A stretch of DNA of 64,000 bases. Origin: a virus. Positions 9,692 to 18,058 of this stretch are shown one piece after another (the first letter of the stretch is position 1; each line of letters begins with the position of its first letter). The notes beneath the pieces were generated by a model. That model was not told where the DNA came from and made no database searches. It saw only the letters and a list, made by a program, of their open reading frames with translations. Location: the IMG/VR virus record IMGVR_UViG_3300034095_000254, one strand, 5' to 3'. The position numbers and the translations under genes were made by a program.

Positions 9692-10002
9692 TATAGCACT
9701 CTTCCTTCACCTTCTTTGGTGAAGAATGATTTGATCTTTTGCTCTTTAGTCCATTCAGCAGTATAATCATTATCAATATCACAAAGAGTAATTGCTTCTT
9801 CTTCAGTAAGAACACGATGTGATGTAATCACTTCTGGAAGTGCCAATTGAGAAAACTCTTTTGCGTCTTCACAAGTAACATCATCCATTGCCCACTCTGG
9901 ATTAGTTGCTGGTGCTTCCACCATATATCGCATACGATATGATTGAATGGCTTCGACCAAAACCCATACCGAACCTTCTTTTAATTTACTCATCATTATC
10001 AC
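9691..10002 (-). CDS. Hypothetical phage protein
   Basis: Co-oriented ORF overlapping both neighbours. Confidence 0.75.
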   Translation of the reverse strand: MIMMSKLKEGSVWVLVEAIQSYRMRYMVEAPATNPEWAMDDVTCEDAKEFSQLALPEVITSHRVLTEEEAITLCDIDNDYTAEWTKEQKIKSFFTKEGEGRVL

Positions 10003-10351
10003 CTTTCATTGCCAGTGCTTTGTTTAAAGATTTCTGCGCATGACGCAGACCAAATTCCATCTCATTCTTTTGTTGTCTTACCTTTTCTAACTCACGAGAA
10101 ATTTTCAGATAAGTGTCATACAAATCGTTGGTATTTTTCTGAAGTGCCTCAACATATGTAGCTACTTTATGAATAGTTACCCATGTACCATCAGCCAGTT
10201 TTGTATGACCATCACGAACACGAAATTCATCAGTCCATCTTTCGTTTAGTTTGTAACTTGGCATTGGTTCAAACAGAAACAATTCTTGTTCTCCTAATTT
10301 CTTTAGGAGTGGATTGAATTGGTTGTCAATAGATTCTTTACCGTAAAACAT
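9986..10351 (-). CDS. Hypothetical protein with C-terminal coiled coil
   Basis: Coupled ORF with heptad-like C-terminus. Confidence 0.75.
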   Translation of the reverse strand: MFYGKESIDNQFNPLLKKLGEQELFLFEPMPSYKLNERWTDEFRVRDGHTKLADGTWVTIHKVATYVEALQKNTNDLYDTYLKISRELEKVRQQKNEMEFGLRHAQKSLNKALAMKGDNDE

Positions 10352-10881
10352 TATTCATTCTCCTCATACTCATATTCTTCAGTACGACCAGACATTTCTG
10401 CATGGATATCGCAAAGAGTTGTATGCCAACCATCAGTATATGTTTTACCTGCAGCACCGCATGATTCGCATGTACGATAACTCATAGACTCTGCGAAAGA
10501 AATGTATTGATAATGTTTGTCAGTTGCAGCTTGAACATAGAATCGAAGTCCACCGAACTTCTCTTTTACTTGAACAGCAACTGGAACCTTCAGTGTTTCT
10601 TCATCTAGTTTTACTTTGGCTTCGTCAATCTTTTCTTGGGTGATAATATCTTTACTACCTTCCCAGCGTGGTTGATCAACTTTATCTTTGATAGATTCAT
10701 AACGACTTTGTGCTTGGCGATAATCACTAGTCAATAGACCACAAAGAACATCGATGATGTTATACCAACCATCACCACATTCAAGTCCCCAGCACATGGC
10801 TGTGGTGCGCATATCTGCATTACGATCTTTGAAGATCAGCGGATACTTTGCACAGAGTGCTTCGTCTAATTCTTTTCTCAT
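10351..10881 (-). CDS. Conserved phage hypothetical protein (QVKEKFGGLRFY family) with C-terminal Zn-ribbon-like motif
   Basis: GDGW, KEKFGGLRFY, CESCG...LCDIH. Confidence 0.75.
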   Translation of the reverse strand: MRKELDEALCAKYPLIFKDRNADMRTTAMCWGLECGDGWYNIIDVLCGLLTSDYRQAQSRYESIKDKVDQPRWEGSKDIITQEKIDEAKVKLDEETLKVPVAVQVKEKFGGLRFYVQAATDKHYQYISFAESMSYRTCESCGAAGKTYTDGWHTTLCDIHAEMSGRTEEYEYEENE

Positions 10882-11033
10882 GATAATTCTCTATCCATTT
10901 GTAACTGCCAGTGTTTGTATAATTCTTCGTATGCTCGAAGAACTTCGTCAGGTACTTTGTTACCATTCTTTATTTCTTCTTCAATGGCACGACCTAGTGT
11001 TCGAGCCAATCTAATTTCTTCGAAGTCTAACAT
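10878..11033 (-). CDS. Small hypothetical protein (51 aa)
   Basis: Not in track. MLDFEEIRLARTLGRAIEEE...MDRELS*, GGAG RBS, ATGA overlap with the downstream gene. Confidence 0.75.
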   Translation of the reverse strand: MLDFEEIRLARTLGRAIEEEIKNGNKVPDEVLRAYEELYKHWQLQMDRELS

Positions 11034-11035
11034 AA

Positions 11036-11407
11036 TTAATCTCCATACCAAGTTCTATGATTTTCAGCTACATGTTCAAGTCCATCGTATTCGCCAATGT
11101 GCCATTCAACATCATCTGGAATATCCAAGATTGCTAGTTCTGATGCCCAACCCCATGAATCTTTACCCAACTCTTCAATCACTGCGATCAAATCTGGATC
11201 ATTGCGTTGTTCATAGAACTCATACTCACTTAGGTATGTCGCATCAGATTGTGGACTACCAGCTTTGTAATAGTCTGAATCATTTCCACGAATTGGATAC
11301 TTGGCTGGCACTTTATCGAATGCGATACCTTTGCGTTCAAGTAACTTCTCGAATGCGATATTTGAGATACCGAATCCACCAAAACATCTATTAATTACTA
11401 CTTTCAT
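11036..11407 (-). CDS. Conserved phage hypothetical protein
   Basis: MKVVINRCFGGFG...RNDPDLIAVIEELG...EYDGLE, a pattern familiar from many phages. Confidence 0.8.
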   Translation of the reverse strand: MKVVINRCFGGFGISNIAFEKLLERKGIAFDKVPAKYPIRGNDSDYYKAGSPQSDATYLSEYEFYEQRNDPDLIAVIEELGKDSWGWASELAILDIPDDVEWHIGEYDGLEHVAENHRTWYGD

Positions 11408-12708
11408 TTTATTACCTTTGAGTTGTCTGCAACATCTTTGTCGTCACGCAGTTCAATAAACACTGGAAGAAACAAAGATTCTTCTCCACTTTTGTTCTTG
11501 ATCCTAGCATTATACTTCACTGCCACGATTTTGTCAACTAAATTTTCTTTCCAATATTGCTTTCGTTGTGCATCATTGAAACCAGATCCTACATTTACCT
11601 TTACAATTCCATCTGCGGATTCACAGATAATTGCACCAAGCATACCTACTGCTTTACCCTTACCTTCTTCGACTGCAACAATCTTAAGATCGCATTCTAA
11701 TTCACCTTTGAATTTAATCTGAGTCTTGCTTCGTTTGTCTTCCCATTCACCACTACCATCTTTAAGGATGATACCTTCATATCCATCTGCAAGATAACCT
11801 TGGAAAATGTCTTGTGCTTCTTCTAATGTTTGCACGATGGTTGATGTCACAGACCAAATCTTTTTGCCTGCAGATTCTTGTTTATCTACAATTGCTTGTA
11901 AAGTGGCGAATCGTTTTGAATATGGAGTCAAACAATATCCATCAACGAATGCTACATAAGGAATCAAATCCCAAACAGTTGCATGAACCTTTGCTGCATC
12001 TTCTGCAGAGATTGTACCCTTGTTTGCTTTGTTGAGGATACCATTACCAGTCTGACGATCAGCGAACTGCATTGTCATGTCATCCATAACCAACAACTCA
12101 CCATCAAATACACAATCAATATTACCAGCAAGTGCAGCGAACTCTGCTTCTAGATTACCCAACAACAGAATCTGTTTACCGTTTCGACTACGGAATTCTA
12201 CCTTACCATCACGGACAATCGCATTGAATCGCATACCATCCATCTTCATTTGAGCATAGGCTGGGAACTTAATCTTGTCAACCAACTTCTGTTCGAATGG
12301 ACTGCATAACATACATGGGTATTCAGGAATCAAACCAGACCAAACTTTGTTGGCAGTCGATACATCAACACCACACTTCAGATCTTTGGAGATGATTCTC
12401 TCCAGTACCTTAGCATCGTCAGCCGATACGGATGAGAGAAGCATACGGAGATATTCAATTGCTGCATTACCAGTAACGACTCTTTCCTTCAAGTCATACA
12501 ATGCCAACATGGCTTGAGTGAGACTTGTTTGTTTTGAGTCAGTGGTATACTCAGGAATCTTTCGTTGATAGAATTGAGTAAAAGGATCCAGTGCTAGCCG
12601 AATAACCTCACGCAGTGTTTCGTTATCGCTCTGTGCGTTTAATTGGTCGATCTTGAAATTGCGTGAGGCATTTTCAGCAAGACTGTTTAGAAATTCATTT
12701 ATGTTCAT
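11404..12708 (-). CDS. 30: ATP-dependent DNA ligase gp30
   Basis: KMDGMR adenylation motif, FDGEL, EGIILK, VGSGF, FLPVF. Confidence 0.97.
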   Translation of the reverse strand: MNINEFLNSLAENASRNFKIDQLNAQSDNETLREVIRLALDPFTQFYQRKIPEYTTDSKQTSLTQAMLALYDLKERVVTGNAAIEYLRMLLSSVSADDAKVLERIISKDLKCGVDVSTANKVWSGLIPEYPCMLCSPFEQKLVDKIKFPAYAQMKMDGMRFNAIVRDGKVEFRSRNGKQILLLGNLEAEFAALAGNIDCVFDGELLVMDDMTMQFADRQTGNGILNKANKGTISAEDAAKVHATVWDLIPYVAFVDGYCLTPYSKRFATLQAIVDKQESAGKKIWSVTSTIVQTLEEAQDIFQGYLADGYEGIILKDGSGEWEDKRSKTQIKFKGELECDLKIVAVEEGKGKAVGMLGAIICESADGIVKVNVGSGFNDAQRKQYWKENLVDKIVAVKYNARIKNKSGEESLFLPVFIELRDDKDVADNSKVIK

Positions 12709-13054
12709 TCATCACTCCATCAATATGTTTACACTTACCATGATATTTAAAACCGATACAACTACAGACCATACCATTTTCTGATTCTTCTACGGTATAT
12801 ACATGGTCTTTGCTACCTTTAATTTCCCAAATTTTATTCGTGGACTTCTGTCCTTCGAAGTGTAGGTTTCGTTTGAGAACTTTGAATTTACGATATCGAG
12901 TATCAAACCGCATTGGCTTGCTGAACATCTTAAAGTTTTGTGGATTGTTCCACATGAAGTAACCAAAGATTTTGTCCATCGATTCATTCATAACATATGT
13001 ATGATTCGGTTGAAAGTCTATATCCCAAACAGTTATTTCTCTAACAAGAATCAT
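12695..13054 (-). CDS. SWIM zinc-finger protein
   Basis: YTV...CSC IGF...CKH. Confidence 0.75.
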   Translation of the reverse strand: MILVREITVWDIDFQPNHTYVMNESMDKIFGYFMWNNPQNFKMFSKPMRFDTRYRKFKVLKRNLHFEGQKSTNKIWEIKGSKDHVYTVEESENGMVCSCIGFKYHGKCKHIDGVMNEHK

Positions 13055-13428
13055 GCTGCTTCCCGAAAGTAACCATAGGGCAGACCATTGAGGTAACAGA
13101 AGTATTCCCAGTCACCATTTGCATGTCCAGCGTCCATGATCCAGCGAAGTGCAGTAGTACGATCCTTCGCACCCATACAGATTGTATTAGTGACATGCTG
13201 TTCAAACTTCACCACTGCTTCTGCCTCACGCTCTTTGCGATCAGCTTCTTCACGCTCGATGACTCGACCGAGAGTTTCGAATTCAACCATGAATTCTTCC
13301 TCAGTCCAATTAGTGGTATCGATACCACGAGGACGAACACCATACGCATCCTTGTACATGTCCCAGAACTGGCACTGCATTTGTTCCAACACAGACATTT
13401 CTTCCCAAGATTTGAGTTCGTTCGACAT
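13051..13428 (-). CDS. Hypothetical early protein
   Basis: Start MSNELK after AAGGAA RBS, downstream of a promoter; DMYKDAYGVRPR motif. Confidence 0.75.
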   Translation of the reverse strand: MSNELKSWEEMSVLEQMQCQFWDMYKDAYGVRPRGIDTTNWTEEEFMVEFETLGRVIEREEADRKEREAEAVVKFEQHVTNTICMGAKDRTTALRWIMDAGHANGDWEYFCYLNGLPYGYFREAA

Positions 13429-13458
13429 TTGAAGTTCCTTTTCAATCATCATACAACT

Positions 13459-13487
13459 ATTATACATCAATTCTGAATTAAAGACAA
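13459..13487 (-). promoter_or_regulatory. Sigma70-like early promoter
   Basis: TTGTCT-N17-TATAAT. Confidence 0.8.
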
Positions 13488-13490
13488 CAC

Positions 13491-13697
13491 TTAGATGCAA
13501 CTCTTACGAGGGAATCCAGTTGCAAATCCAGAAGTCCCAGTGGATGCAGATCTTGTAACTTTACCAGACATGCGTTGCTTTGGTGCTTTGCGTGGTTTTA
13601 CAACTTCAATGCTTCCACCTTTTTTCAAAAACAACTTTACTTGTTTTTCGGTTTCAGCACGCAACTCAGATTTTGATTTAAAGAATGTATTCATCAT
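13491..13697 (-). CDS. Small basic hypothetical protein
   Basis: GAGG RBS; Lys/Arg-rich. Confidence 0.7.
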   Translation of the reverse strand: MMNTFFKSKSELRAETEKQVKLFLKKGGSIEVVKPRKAPKQRMSGKVTRSASTGTSGFATGFPRKSCI

Positions 13698-13712
13698 ATA
13701 TTTTCCTCTCAA

Positions 13713-14051
13713 TTAAAGCGAAACTGGACGGAAGCCCATTGTATCAACATAAACACTAACACCATCTTCACGAACAAGAATATCACCAACAGACACAGAG
13801 TGCATTGGAGCAAATCGTTCGATCTGATCTTCAAAACCAACATTGCTGGCAGTAAACACACCATCAAAAGAATTGGCAGTAATAACAGCAACTTTTTTGT
13901 ACATATCTTTTGCAGCTTTGATTGCTTCAACAGTTGGACGGAAAGTTGTATTCAAATACAGATTATAAAACTCTGGATAATCTTTGGAAGAATTCACCAA
14001 GTCAGATTGTTCACGAGTCAGGTTAATTTGTAACACTTCATATTTCATCAT
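13713..14051 (-). CDS. YodL-like domain protein
   Basis: C-terminal HSVSVGDIL...YVDTMGF resembles the YodL-like signature; AAGGAAG RBS. Confidence 0.6.
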   Translation of the reverse strand: MMKYEVLQINLTREQSDLVNSSKDYPEFYNLYLNTTFRPTVEAIKAAKDMYKKVAVITANSFDGVFTASNVGFEDQIERFAPMHSVSVGDILVREDGVSVYVDTMGFRPVSL

Positions 14052-14081
14052 TTTCACTTCCTTTTCAATTTTCATACTACT

Positions 14082-14110
14082 ATTATACAGTAATTTGCAA
14101 TTAAAGACAA
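14082..14110 (-). promoter_or_regulatory. Sigma70-like early promoter
   Basis: TTGTCT-N17-TATAAT. Confidence 0.8.
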
Positions 14111-14126
14111 CAACTTTATGGAGTAA

Positions 14127-14203
14127 CCCTACGAGTCTGAGGGGATTAGATACCCTTGTAGATACAGGGGTTTAGAATGCGGAAAACCCTCTACGAGAGA
14201 GGG
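14127..14203. repeat. Three tandem CCCT-N9-AGGG inverted repeats
   Basis: Copies at 14127-14143, 14153-14169 and 14187-14203. Confidence 0.8.
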
Positions 14204-14237
14204 TTTAGAGGGAGGTCTAGGGGAAGCCTAGAGAGGG

Positions 14238-14534
14238 TTACAGACCGACTAAAGCAGACGCTGGAGCGATCTCTATCCCTGAACCGAATAATCGGTTGTA
14301 TTCGTTGACCATTTTCTTGGATGGTTCACCTTCGGTGGCAACGCATTGACTGAACAATTTTACCTTTCCTTCGGTATAAGGCATGTATGGCATTAAAGCC
14401 AGACCGACTCCATCTTTTGTTTGTTGCATGAGGATAGTTGCTGGTGCTTCTACATAATATCCAAGTGCAGTTACTTCTACTTTACCAATCAGTTCTTCAC
14501 CACTAATCAATTTAAATACTTTAATCTCTGTCAT
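14238..14534 (-). CDS. Conserved T4-like hypothetical protein (Sm-like fold)
   Basis: IKVFKLISGEELIG N-terminus, C-terminal FGSGI. Confidence 0.7.
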   Translation of the reverse strand: MTEIKVFKLISGEELIGKVEVTALGYYVEAPATILMQQTKDGVGLALMPYMPYTEGKVKLFSQCVATEGEPSKKMVNEYNRLFGSGIEIAPASALVGL

Positions 14535-14535
14535 G

Positions 14536-14739
14536 TCAATCCTCTATAACAAGTTGTTCAATAAAATCTGCTGCATAGTTTTGATCAGTAAAGAAATGAA
14601 TAATAGTTCTTTCATAATCATAGTAATGCTGTGCAACTACCATCACCTGTTTATTTTTGTAAACAGATATTTTTAATATCCAGTCACCACGACGAACTGT
14701 GACGAAAGATATCATGTTTGGTGATAGTTTGGCTTTCAT
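14536..14739 (-). CDS. Hypothetical protein
   Basis: 67-aa ORF in operon context. Confidence 0.65.
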   Translation of the reverse strand: MKAKLSPNMISFVTVRRGDWILKISVYKNKQVMVVAQHYYDYERTIIHFFTDQNYAADFIEQLVIED

Positions 14740-14748
14740 ACAAGTATT

Positions 14749-14772
14749 TAGGGAGAGCCGAAACTCTCCCTA
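14749..14772 (-). terminator. Stem-loop (terminator or processing site) downstream of hsp20 mini-ORFs
   Basis: TAGGGAGAG-tttcgg-CTCTCCCTA, overlapping a CTAAATA late-promoter-like box. Confidence 0.65.
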
Positions 14773-14781
14773 CTTGTACGA

Positions 14782-14856
14782 TTACTTGGTTGGTTTAGGT
14801 GCTTTACCGTTTACCCAATCCCAATCGTCATCTGTCATTGGGATCCAATTGTTCAT
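14782..14856 (-). CDS. 24-aa mini-protein MNNWIPMTDDDWDWVNGKAPKPTK
   Basis: ATGA-coupled to the preceding mini-ORF; followed by a hairpin. Confidence 0.45.
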   Translation of the reverse strand: MNNWIPMTDDDWDWVNGKAPKPTK

Positions 14857-14948
14857 TTTACTTTACCAGCTTTGTAAGTTCTGAATGCTTGGATACCCTC
14901 AGCAATACCAAGGATGATATTCTTACAATTGTTCAGCAGCTTTTTCAT
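14853..14948 (-). CDS. 31-aa mini-protein MKKLLNNCKNIILGIAEGIQAFRTYKAGKVK
   Basis: GAGG RBS inside the hsp20 3' end; ATGA overlap with the next ORF. Confidence 0.5.
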   Translation of the reverse strand: MKKLLNNCKNIILGIAEGIQAFRTYKAGKVK

Positions 14949-15429
14949 ATGCGTCCTCTTGTAAGAATGACTTCTGTCCCTTAGTCTTCACTGGAACTTT
15001 CTTTGCTTTCTGTGTTTCTGGGATTAATTGATCGAGAGCGATCTTTAATACACCATTGAACAACTCAGCATCTTTAACTTCATACTGATCACCGATTGCC
15101 CATGCACGAGTAAACGCACGCATGCCAATACCTTTGAACAGATAATCAGTGTCCTCTGGTTCTGTTGACTCAGAGTTACCCTTAACGATTAGTTTACCAC
15201 CATCAATGGTAATGTCGATTTCGTTTTGTGCGAAACCTGCCACAGCGATTTCAATCGTGTAGGTATTACCGTTCTTGCGAACATTGAATGGAGGATAGTT
15301 AGGGATGTTTTTGGTTAGTTCGTCATGAAGATTTTGCATCTTCGAGAACTGGTCATCGAAACCTACGAACACCTTATCAAAGTCTTTGAAGTGTTCACCA
15401 AAAAATGTGGGGATGAATTGTCGTACCAT
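14923..15429 (-). CDS. Small heat-shock protein (Hsp20/IbpA-like)
   Basis: NYPPFNV, IEIAVAGF, RAFTRAW, NGVLKI alpha-crystallin motifs. Confidence 0.95.
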   Translation of the reverse strand: MVRQFIPTFFGEHFKDFDKVFVGFDDQFSKMQNLHDELTKNIPNYPPFNVRKNGNTYTIEIAVAGFAQNEIDITIDGGKLIVKGNSESTEPEDTDYLFKGIGMRAFTRAWAIGDQYEVKDAELFNGVLKIALDQLIPETQKAKKVPVKTKGQKSFLQEDAYEKAAEQL

Positions 15430-15570
15430 TGTGTTTCTCCTATTAAGCGAGTTTAATTAAAATTGATACCCCGAAGGCATATCATTAATGCTGGTTACAA
15501 TTCCAGCGACATCGTGCGTCATGCCTGCTTTATACGATTCGTAACTTAGTGGTCCTAAGGTGAATTCTTA
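15430..15570 (-). promoter_or_regulatory. Structured 5' leader of hsp20 ending in a ROSE-like RNA thermometer hairpin
   Basis: Successive hairpins CTTAG/CTAAG, TACG/CGTA, GACG/TGTC, GCTGG/CCAGC and GATATGCC-TTCG-GGGTATC, then CTCGCT-taat-AGGAG (U(U/C)GCU motif facing the SD). Confidence 0.6.
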
Positions 15571-15642
15571 TTACTTATTCATTACATACATTGTAACTTC
15601 AAAGCCAAATCTCATTTCTGTTGCTGATGGTTTTGTCCACAT
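15571..15642 (-). CDS. pqqA: PQQ precursor peptide PqqA (23 aa)
   Basis: Not in track. AGGAG RBS then MWTKPSATEMRFGFEVTMYVMNK*, with the canonical W-x-K-P...GFEVTxY (E-x3-Y) signature. Confidence 0.95.
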   Translation of the reverse strand: MWTKPSATEMRFGFEVTMYVMNK

Positions 15643-15740
15643 AATAATCTCCTAATTGTTTGTCCATTGTTGGACTTATTACTTAGGATTGAGAGGACAA
15701 AAACCAGCTAATGAAAATCATTAGTTATACCTAATGGTAT

Positions 15741-15926
15741 TTATGCTTTTTCTGCAGGTGTTTCAGCTGGTGCATTTTTTGCAGCTTCTGCTTCTAATGC
15801 TACAACCTGTGGTTCACCTTGCTGTTTAATTTTGTTAATAACTGCAACTACTTCCTCAAATGGGTGCTTACCCAATACACGAAGAATCATATTACAATCG
15901 TCTATACTCAATTCAAGTTTGATCAT
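15741..15926 (-). CDS. Hypothetical protein
   Basis: ATGA overlap with regA. Confidence 0.75.
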   Translation of the reverse strand: MIKLELSIDDCNMILRVLGKHPFEEVVAVINKIKQQGEPQVVALEAEAAKNAPAETPAEKA

Positions 15927-16342
15927 TTTGCTTTTTTTCCTATGTTATATTTGGGAACAAGTTCCCACTCATTTTTCTCTTTAAAAGAGACTACTTTAAT
16001 TTGAGACAAAGATGCCTTATTGTCTGCTTGCGTATTATTTAGAATCTTTAATAGATCCCAATCTTGTAGCAAACCAGCAATAGCATTTCTGCGCTCGATA
16101 TCGCCACTCGTGATATTAGATTCTTTACCATCAAGAGCAAACAATTCTTTGAAATGCACTATGAAGTATCTACCTTGCTTATGTAAAATGTGGCAAGATT
16201 GATACAACTTGTTTTCTTTTCTGGAAGCGATCCCGATGCGGGTAAGTGTCTCACGAACCTTTAGAAAGTTATCTGGTTCTGGCAGTATCACTTCAAGCAT
16301 GGACTCAGCTGTCCAGTCGTAATAAATCAATTCGACAGTCAT
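15923..16342 (-). CDS. regA: Translational repressor RegA
   Basis: FLKVRETLTRIGIAS, LYQSCHILHKQGRYFIVHFKELFALDG. Confidence 0.97.
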   Translation of the reverse strand: MTVELIYYDWTAESMLEVILPEPDNFLKVRETLTRIGIASRKENKLYQSCHILHKQGRYFIVHFKELFALDGKESNITSGDIERRNAIAGLLQDWDLLKILNNTQADNKASLSQIKVVSFKEKNEWELVPKYNIGKKAK

Positions 16343-16722
16343 TATTTTCCACCTTTGTATAATTTTTCTTTTATCATAACTAAATGATCTTCCGTCAATA
16401 TACTTAGGGCATCAACTGCCTTAGAATCGGAATAACCAAAGTATTCTTTAACTAATCGAAGAGACTCTGTTTCGGCATCTTTTTTGTGCCATTTGGAGAA
16501 TCTTTTCTTCTTAGAGATACTATTTAGTAAAAAAGAAAACTGCCAGTCCACTGGAATAGATGAGTTGCGATTCATCTCGTTTGCATATAGGACTGTATCT
16601 GGAAAATAACCCAAACCCCTGTTAATGATAAAAGGAACATAGTCCTTCTTAGCCATCGGGTCTTCTGCTAAGAGATCTTTCTTTGTGGAATTGATTGCAT
16701 TAATAAAGTCAAATGGTGTCAT
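16342..16722 (-). CDS. 62: Clamp loader small subunit gp62
   Basis: YVPFIINRGL, ANEMN, KKKRFSKW, ends KGGK; synteny. Confidence 0.92.
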   Translation of the reverse strand: MTPFDFINAINSTKKDLLAEDPMAKKDYVPFIINRGLGYFPDTVLYANEMNRNSSIPVDWQFSFLLNSISKKKRFSKWHKKDAETESLRLVKEYFGYSDSKAVDALSILTEDHLVMIKEKLYKGGK

Positions 16723-17048
16723 GATATAAATCCAACTTCTTTCAGTGTAGACTCGTGACAAGCAAATCGTTTTCCAGGAAATCTTTCTACAAGGACTTTC
16801 TCTACATCTTCCTTTGAAGATCCCTGTGCCATAAATTGTTTAGTATCTTTGTCGTAAACATATAACATATCATTATGTTTTTCGATAATGATATGGATCT
16901 GTTCTTCTTCTTGTTCTTCAAATTGTTGTATGGTCTTAAAGTGTTTTTCAATTTGCTTCTTGGCATGTTTTTCTCTAGCGTTCCAGCCAGATACTGCACC
17001 CATTATCCATACAACAAATGTGAATACTACTAGTAGTATAAGTTCCAT
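16719..17048 (-). CDS. Hypothetical membrane-anchored protein inserted between gp44 and gp62
   Basis: N-terminal hydrophobic helix; GAGG RBS. Confidence 0.7.
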   Translation of the reverse strand: MELILLVVFTFVVWIMGAVSGWNAREKHAKKQIEKHFKTIQQFEEQEEEQIHIIIEKHNDMLYVYDKDTKQFMAQGSSKEDVEKVLVERFPGKRFACHESTLKEVGFIS

Positions 17049-17055
17049 GTTAGCC

Positions 17056-18006
17056 TCATTTGAATTTACACTGAGCCATAATCTCAGTGAGTGCTGCCAT
17101 TATATTTAGTTCATGGTCAGCTACAAATGCTGCTTTATATTGATAGTCTGCAAGAATAAGAACTAATTGTGGAACACTGTTTGGTTCAATCGTAGTTGCA
17201 GCACTATCGTATAGTTCACGGAATAGTGATGTGGTATCTGAGTCAGAGTTTTTCGAAACCCACTTACGGACTTCTGTAAAGTCTTTCTCTTTAAGTAGTT
17301 TAATTAAACCCTTAAATGATTCCTCAGACATATTGACAAGGATGCCAGAATCAATCTTACCAGAAACAGAGTATCGTTGGAGTTCATTTAGAATCCTACG
17401 GTAATCTGGAAAATGTTTAGTGATTAGTTCGGCAACAACTTTAGGATCGAATTCAATCTGCTCTTGTTTGAGGATTGACACTGCTCGCTTAAAGAAGGTT
17501 GCAGCGATCTCCTGCTTGTCTTTGGAATCAATCTTAAACTCCACTACAGCACAACGACTGTGGATAGGTTCAATGATACGATTCTTAAAGTTACAAGTTA
17601 GAATGAATCGGCAGTTGTTGGCAAACTCTTCAATGAATCCACGAAGTGCTGGCTGAGTTGAATTAGCATTAAGGTAATCCGCTTCATCGAGGATGACAAC
17701 TTTCTTGGCATCAGTCAATGATATAGTGGAAGCGAATCCCTTAATCTTAGTGCGCAGAGTATCAATACCCGATTCTTCGGATCCGTTGATCATCATAAAC
17801 TCTGCACCAATTTCATTACATAGTGCTTTGGCAATTGTAGTTTTACCCACACCAGCAGAACCAGTGAACAAGAAGTTAGGTAGTTCACCTTGTTCTACAT
17901 ACTGGCGGAAAGTCTCTTTCAATGCCTGTGGTAAAACACAATCATCAATCTTCTGTGGACGATACTTTTCTACCCACAAAAACATTTCATCACGACTATC
18001 AATCAT
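17056..18006 (-). CDS. 44: Clamp loader large subunit gp44
   Basis: WVEKYRP, GSAGVGKTT, ILDEAD, SRC. Confidence 0.97.
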   Translation of the reverse strand: MIDSRDEMFLWVEKYRPQKIDDCVLPQALKETFRQYVEQGELPNFLFTGSAGVGKTTIAKALCNEIGAEFMMINGSEESGIDTLRTKIKGFASTISLTDAKKVVILDEADYLNANSTQPALRGFIEEFANNCRFILTCNFKNRIIEPIHSRCAVVEFKIDSKDKQEIAATFFKRAVSILKQEQIEFDPKVVAELITKHFPDYRRILNELQRYSVSGKIDSGILVNMSEESFKGLIKLLKEKDFTEVRKWVSKNSDSDTTSLFRELYDSAATTIEPNSVPQLVLILADYQYKAAFVADHELNIMAALTEIMAQCKFK

Positions 18007-18032
18007 ATATCACTCCAAACATAATAAAAACA

Positions 18033-18053
18033 GAGAGGGAATTATACCCTCTC
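18033..18053 (-). terminator. Intrinsic terminator-like hairpin after gp45
   Basis: GAGAGGG-tataatt-CCCTCTC followed by TGTTTTT on the minus strand. Confidence 0.65.
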
Positions 18054-18058
18054 ATCAA

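Noticed and set aside
14127-14203. Mini-CRISPR array
   Set aside because: The units are short dyads with 9-17 nt gaps, not 25-40 nt direct repeats with spacers, and there are no cas genes.
15485-15565. Twister-ribozyme-like words on the plus strand (GGTTACAA, GGTCCTAAG)
   Set aside because: The required AAGC loop and pseudoknot partners are missing; the hairpins are better explained as the minus-strand hsp20 leader.
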